This document shows, piece by piece, positions 14,322 to 17,868 of a DNA stretch of 17,868 nucleotides. The stretch spans positions 1-17,868 of the forward strand of contig JAXINV010000065.1 of NCBI GenBank assembly GCA_034190465.1. Direction: 5' to 3'. The stretch's first letter is position 1, and every line of letters begins with the position of its first letter. The notes under the pieces were generated by a model. The model saw nothing but the letters and a program-made list of their open reading frames with translations. It was not told the origin of the DNA and ran no database searches. Source of the stretch: Candidatus Asbonarchaeum danakilense (lineage in GTDB: Archaea; Nanohalarchaeota; Nanosalinia; Nanosalinales; Nanoanaerosalinaceae). The translations under genes and the position numbers were made by a program.

Positions 14322-16319
14322 GTGTTGGACTACAGCGACAAGACATCCACGTTCGAAGAATTCTTCAGGGAAGCGATGAAGGAGGAACTTTCCCGCATCG
14401 AGTCACAGGGCGAGCGAGCCGTCGTCATCGACTACGAGGACCTGATGAAATACTCCCCCGAGCTCGCGGACGCCGTCATCGAGGACCCGGACGAGTGCAT
14501 CGCCGCCGCGGAGGACGCCCTCGACCTGCTCTCGTTCATCGACCAGGACCTCAACCCACGGATCTCCAACCTGCCCGAGTCCGAGTTCGTACACATCCGT
14601 AACCTGCGGAGTAACCATATCGGCAAGCTCGTCGGTATCAAGGGTCTCGTCAAGCGCGCATCCGAGGTCAGACCTGAGGTCCAGTCAGCCACGTTCGAGT
14701 GCAGCAACTGCGGCGACCGCTACGAGAAGGAACAGAACTCCACCAAGATGAAAAGCCCGTACAAATGTGACTGCGGGAACAGGAACTTCGAACTCGTCGA
14801 CAAACAGATGGAGGACGTCCAGATCGTCACGATAGAAGAAGATCCCGAAACCATCGAAGGGGCAGAACAACCCCGGAAAATCGGTGTCTTCCTCCGCGAC
14901 GACATGGTCGACCCCGAGTTCCAGAACCGGGTCGTCCCCGGCAACAAGGTCCACCTGAACGGTGTGCTCCAGGAACAGGAGAAGGAGGAGGACTCCAAGC
15001 GGTACGACCTCTACATCGAGGGCAACTACCTCGAGCCAGTGGAGCGCGAGTTCGAGGAGATCGATATCTCGCCCGAGGAAGAGGAGGACATCCACGAACT
15101 GTCGCAGCGTGACGACGTGTTCGACGACATCGTCGCCTCCATCGCGCCGTCGATCCACGGCCACACACAGGTCAAGAAAGCGATCGCCCTGCAGCTGTTC
15201 GGCGGGGCGCGGAAGGAACGCGCTGACGGCACCGTCTCACGGGGCGACATGCACGTCCTGCTCATCGGTGAGCCGGGCACAGGTAAGTCCCAGATGCTTC
15301 AGTTCACCGGCAACCTGGCACCGAAGGGCAAGTACGTTGTCGGCAAGGCCGCGACCGCCGCAGGAATCACCGCGACCGTGATGAAGGACGAGATCACTGA
15401 TGAATGGACGCTGGAGGCCGGAGCCCTGGTCCTCGCGAACAAGGGCATCGCCACGGTCGACGAGATCGACAAGATGTCCAAGGACGACCGTTCCTCCATG
15501 CATGAGGCAATGGAACAGCAGACGATCACCATCTCCAAGGCCAACATCCAAGCCACACTCCAGTGCCGCACGAGCATCCTCGCGGCAGGAAACCCCAAGT
15601 TCGGCCGGTTCGACCCGTACCAGGACATCTCCGAGCAGATCGACATCTCCGACACCTTGCTCTCCCGGTTCGACCTGATCTTCCCGGTGCGGGACATCCC
15701 GGACAAGGCGAAGGACGAGAAGCTGTCCGACCACATCATGAAGATGCACACCGACCCGGAGGACCATACCGGCGAGATCGACATGGAGCTGCTGCGGAAC
15801 TATATCGCATACGCAAAGCGCAACGTCAACCCGACGATCAGCGAGGAGGCGCAGGAAGAGCTGAAACAGTTCTACGTCGACACACGCGCCCAGGGCAGCA
15901 GCGGCGACGGCCAGTCCAAGGTCCCGATCACCGCGCGCCAGCTCGAGGCGCTCATCAGGCTGTCCGAGGCCTCCGCCAAGACACGGCTGTCCGAGGTCGT
16001 TGAGCAGCAGGACGCACAGCGCGCCATCGACCTGCTGACGTACTCACTCAAACAGATCGGTGTCATCGACGAATCCGGCGAATGGGATATCGACAAGCGC
16101 GAGACCGGGATGTCCTCCGAGAACCGAAACAAGATCCAGATCGTCATGGGTATCGTGCAGGAGATGGGCGGCAACGACGACCCGGTCCCGATCGAGGACG
16201 TGCTCGCCCAGGCGGAGGAAGAAGGCCTCAGCGAGAACGAGGCAGAGGAAGTGATCGACAAGCTGAAACGACAGGGAGAACTCTACGAGCCCGAACACGG
16301 GCACGTAGGCCACCTCTGA
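14322..16319 (+). CDS. mcm: Replicative DNA helicase MCM
   Basis: Zn finger CSNC...CDC, Walker A GEPGTGKSQ, LEAGALVLA, Walker B VDEIDKM, MHEAMEQQTI, Arg finger LLSRFD, sensor-2 ITARQLEALIRL, C-terminal winged helix. No intein. Confidence 0.98.
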   Translation: MLDYSDKTSTFEEFFREAMKEELSRIESQGERAVVIDYEDLMKYSPELADAVIEDPDECIAAAEDALDLLSFIDQDLNPRISNLPESEFVHIRNLRSNHIGKLVGIKGLVKRASEVRPEVQSATFECSNCGDRYEKEQNSTKMKSPYKCDCGNRNFELVDKQMEDVQIVTIEEDPETIEGAEQPRKIGVFLRDDMVDPEFQNRVVPGNKVHLNGVLQEQEKEEDSKRYDLYIEGNYLEPVEREFEEIDISPEEEEDIHELSQRDDVFDDIVASIAPSIHGHTQVKKAIALQLFGGARKERADGTVSRGDMHVLLIGEPGTGKSQMLQFTGNLAPKGKYVVGKAATAAGITATVMKDEITDEWTLEAGALVLANKGIATVDEIDKMSKDDRSSMHEAMEQQTITISKANIQATLQCRTSILAAGNPKFGRFDPYQDISEQIDISDTLLSRFDLIFPVRDIPDKAKDEKLSDHIMKMHTDPEDHTGEIDMELLRNYIAYAKRNVNPTISEEAQEELKQFYVDTRAQGSSGDGQSKVPITARQLEALIRLSEASAKTRLSEVVEQQDAQRAIDLLTYSLKQIGVIDESGEWDIDKRETGMSSENRNKIQIVMGIVQEMGGNDDPVPIEDVLAQAEEEGLSENEAEEVIDKLKRQGELYEPEHGHVGHL

Positions 16320-16330
16320 GAGGATAACAG

Positions 16331-17143
16331 ATGCCAGACAGCAGACAACGCATGACAGCACGGCGGGTACGTATCGAGGACATCATCAACGGCGACTACC
16401 ATGAACGCGAGGGCTTCGACCCCAACTTCCTGATAACACCCCGTGGCATGCGTGTGTCGCGCGCCTCCCTGGTCGCGACCGTCGTGGACTCCTTCGTCAA
16501 CGATGACGAGAGCTACGGCTCGTTCACCCTGGACGACGGCACCGAGACCATCCGCGCCAAGTTCTTCCAGGAGCTGGATGATATGGAGGGCATCGAAGAG
16601 GGCGACATCGTCCACGTCGTCGGCAAGGTCCGGGAGTACGACGACGAGATCTACGTCCAGCCCGAGCTCATCAAGACCGAAAACATGGAATACGAGCTCC
16701 TCCACGCCCTCGAGACCCAGCATCTGCACAACAAGTGGCAGAAAGCCGTCAACAAAGCGAAGGAGATGCAGGACAACGACCGTTCAGAGGAGGATATACG
16801 GCAGGAGCTGAAAGGCCTCGGTATCGACAGCGACGAGGACATCGACGCCATCCTGGAGTACCTCTCCGCCGAGGAACAGTTCGAGACAGCTTCAGAGACC
16901 GAAGGCGGTTCGAGCAGTCAGGAAAGAAGCAGCGGTGGATCGCAGAGTGAGGGGGACCGGGAGAACCAGGAGCAGCTTGTGCTGCATGCTATCGACGAAC
17001 TGGACGACGGCGAGGGCGCCGACTACTCTGACATCATCGAACGCGTCGATATGAGCGAGGACGAGGTCGAAGACGTGATCAACGACCTGCTCAGCGACGG
17101 CACCTGCTACGAGCCCAAGCCAGGACGGATCAAGAAGCTGTGA
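16331..17143 (+). CDS. RPA32/RPA2-like OB-fold single-stranded DNA binding protein with C-terminal winged helix
   Basis: OB fold (SRASLVATVVD...FTLDDGTETIRAKFF...VHVVGKVREY..EIYVQPE), acidic Ser/Gly linker, and wHTH ending LL.DG.CYEPKPGRIKKL. Confidence 0.8.
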   Translation: MPDSRQRMTARRVRIEDIINGDYHEREGFDPNFLITPRGMRVSRASLVATVVDSFVNDDESYGSFTLDDGTETIRAKFFQELDDMEGIEEGDIVHVVGKVREYDDEIYVQPELIKTENMEYELLHALETQHLHNKWQKAVNKAKEMQDNDRSEEDIRQELKGLGIDSDEDIDAILEYLSAEEQFETASETEGGSSSQERSSGGSQSEGDRENQEQLVLHAIDELDDGEGADYSDIIERVDMSEDEVEDVINDLLSDGTCYEPKPGRIKKL

Positions 17144-17181
17144 CGGCAAGCACATAAAAGGATAGCCCACAAGGTGGAACC

Positions 17182-17583
17182 ATGGACTACGAGGACATGC
17201 TGGACGAGGGACGGGACGAAATCCCGGAGGACGTCTTCGAGGAGGAGCGGTTCGAGGTCCCGCAGGCGGACACGACGAAGCGGGGGAACAGGACCGTCAT
17301 CACCAACTTCAGCGACATCGCCGACACCCTGAACCGGGAGGAGAAGCACTTCTCCAAGTACTTGCTCGGTGAACTCGGCACGTCCGGCCATGTCGACGGC
17401 AAGGAACTGGTGCTCCAGGGCAAGTTCCGCCGCGGCCTGATCAACAGCAAGATCGAGGACTACACCGAGATGTACGTCATCTGCGACGAGTGCAACAGAC
17501 CCGACACCTCAATCCGGAAGGAGAAAGGCGTCATGATGATGAAATGCGAGGCCTGCGGTGCACGGAAGAGCATCGAGGAGTGA
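17182..17583 (+). CDS. eif2b: Translation initiation factor 2 subunit beta (aIF-2 beta)
   Basis: ERFEVP, GNRTVITNF.DIA..LNR, ELGTSG, YVICDECNRPDT...CEACGA zinc ribbon. Confidence 0.96.
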   Translation: MDYEDMLDEGRDEIPEDVFEEERFEVPQADTTKRGNRTVITNFSDIADTLNREEKHFSKYLLGELGTSGHVDGKELVLQGKFRRGLINSKIEDYTEMYVICDECNRPDTSIRKEKGVMMMKCEACGARKSIEE

Positions 17584-17587
17584 CCCC

Positions 17588-17868
17588 ATGTTCTGGATGA
17601 AAGTACATCAGACGTCCGACGGCAAGCTCGTCGCCGCCTGTGACGAGGACGTGCTCGGCAAGGAGTTCACCGAGGGCGAGAAACAGCTCATCGTCGCGGA
17701 ATCGTTCTACAAGGGCGAGAAGGTCGACCTGCTGGCAGTCCTCGACGAGCTGGAAGGCGCCCACACCACGAACTTCGTCGGCAACGAGCTGAACGATGAA
17801 CTGGTCGACAGCGAGATCGTCCAGCCCGACGAGGTCGACCACATCGACGGCATGGCCCACAGCCAGCT
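17588..17868 (+). CDS. DUF424 family protein (truncated by the right edge)
   Basis: Not in the ORF track; read manually. MFWMKVHQTSDGKLVAACDEDVLGKEFTEGEKQLIVAESFYKGE...TTNFVGN...IDGMAHSQ matches the DUF424 pattern (LVAACD.E.LGK.F....FY.GE...N.VG). Confidence 0.85.
   Translation, partial: MFWMKVHQTSDGKLVAACDEDVLGKEFTEGEKQLIVAESFYKGEKVDLLAVLDELEGAHTTNFVGNELNDELVDSEIVQPDEVDHIDGMAHSQ

Noticed and set aside
14322..16319. Intein in MCM
   Set aside because: Length of 665 aa and contiguous Walker motifs leave no insertion.
1..17868. CRISPR arrays, tRNA/rRNA genes, IS elements
   Set aside because: No spaced repeats, cloverleaf-like sequence, transposase or integrase seen; intergenic gaps are all under about 190 bp.

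Overview
Gene-dense archaeal chromosomal segment. It is GC-rich, its cytoplasmic proteins are strongly acidic, and many start/stop codons overlap. It most likely comes from a salt-adapted DPANN archaeon such as Nanohaloarchaeota; this is inferred from the acidic proteome, compact layout, pilin N-terminus and TBP/MCM/RPA2/aIF2-beta gene order. The right half (9.8-17.9 kb) is housekeeping: gatD, a UPF0200/CoaE-like P-loop kinase, gatE, tbp, mcm, an RPA32-like OB-fold protein, aIF-2 beta and a partial DUF424 gene. The left half is the unusual part. A type IV pilus locus (secretion ATPase with a long acidic tail, two TadB/C-type platform proteins, class III pilin) is interrupted by a putative signalling cassette: two divergent single-domain KaiC-like ATPases, two small paralogous 3-TM membrane proteins and a V4R ligand-binding protein. 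Next to it lies a module of two adenylate-forming enzymes (PaaK-like, partial; EhpF-like) flanking a transglutaminase-fold protein whose catalytic Cys is replaced by Ser. No rRNA, tRNA, CRISPR array or mobile element was recognised. All family assignments come from motif recognition by eye, not database searches.
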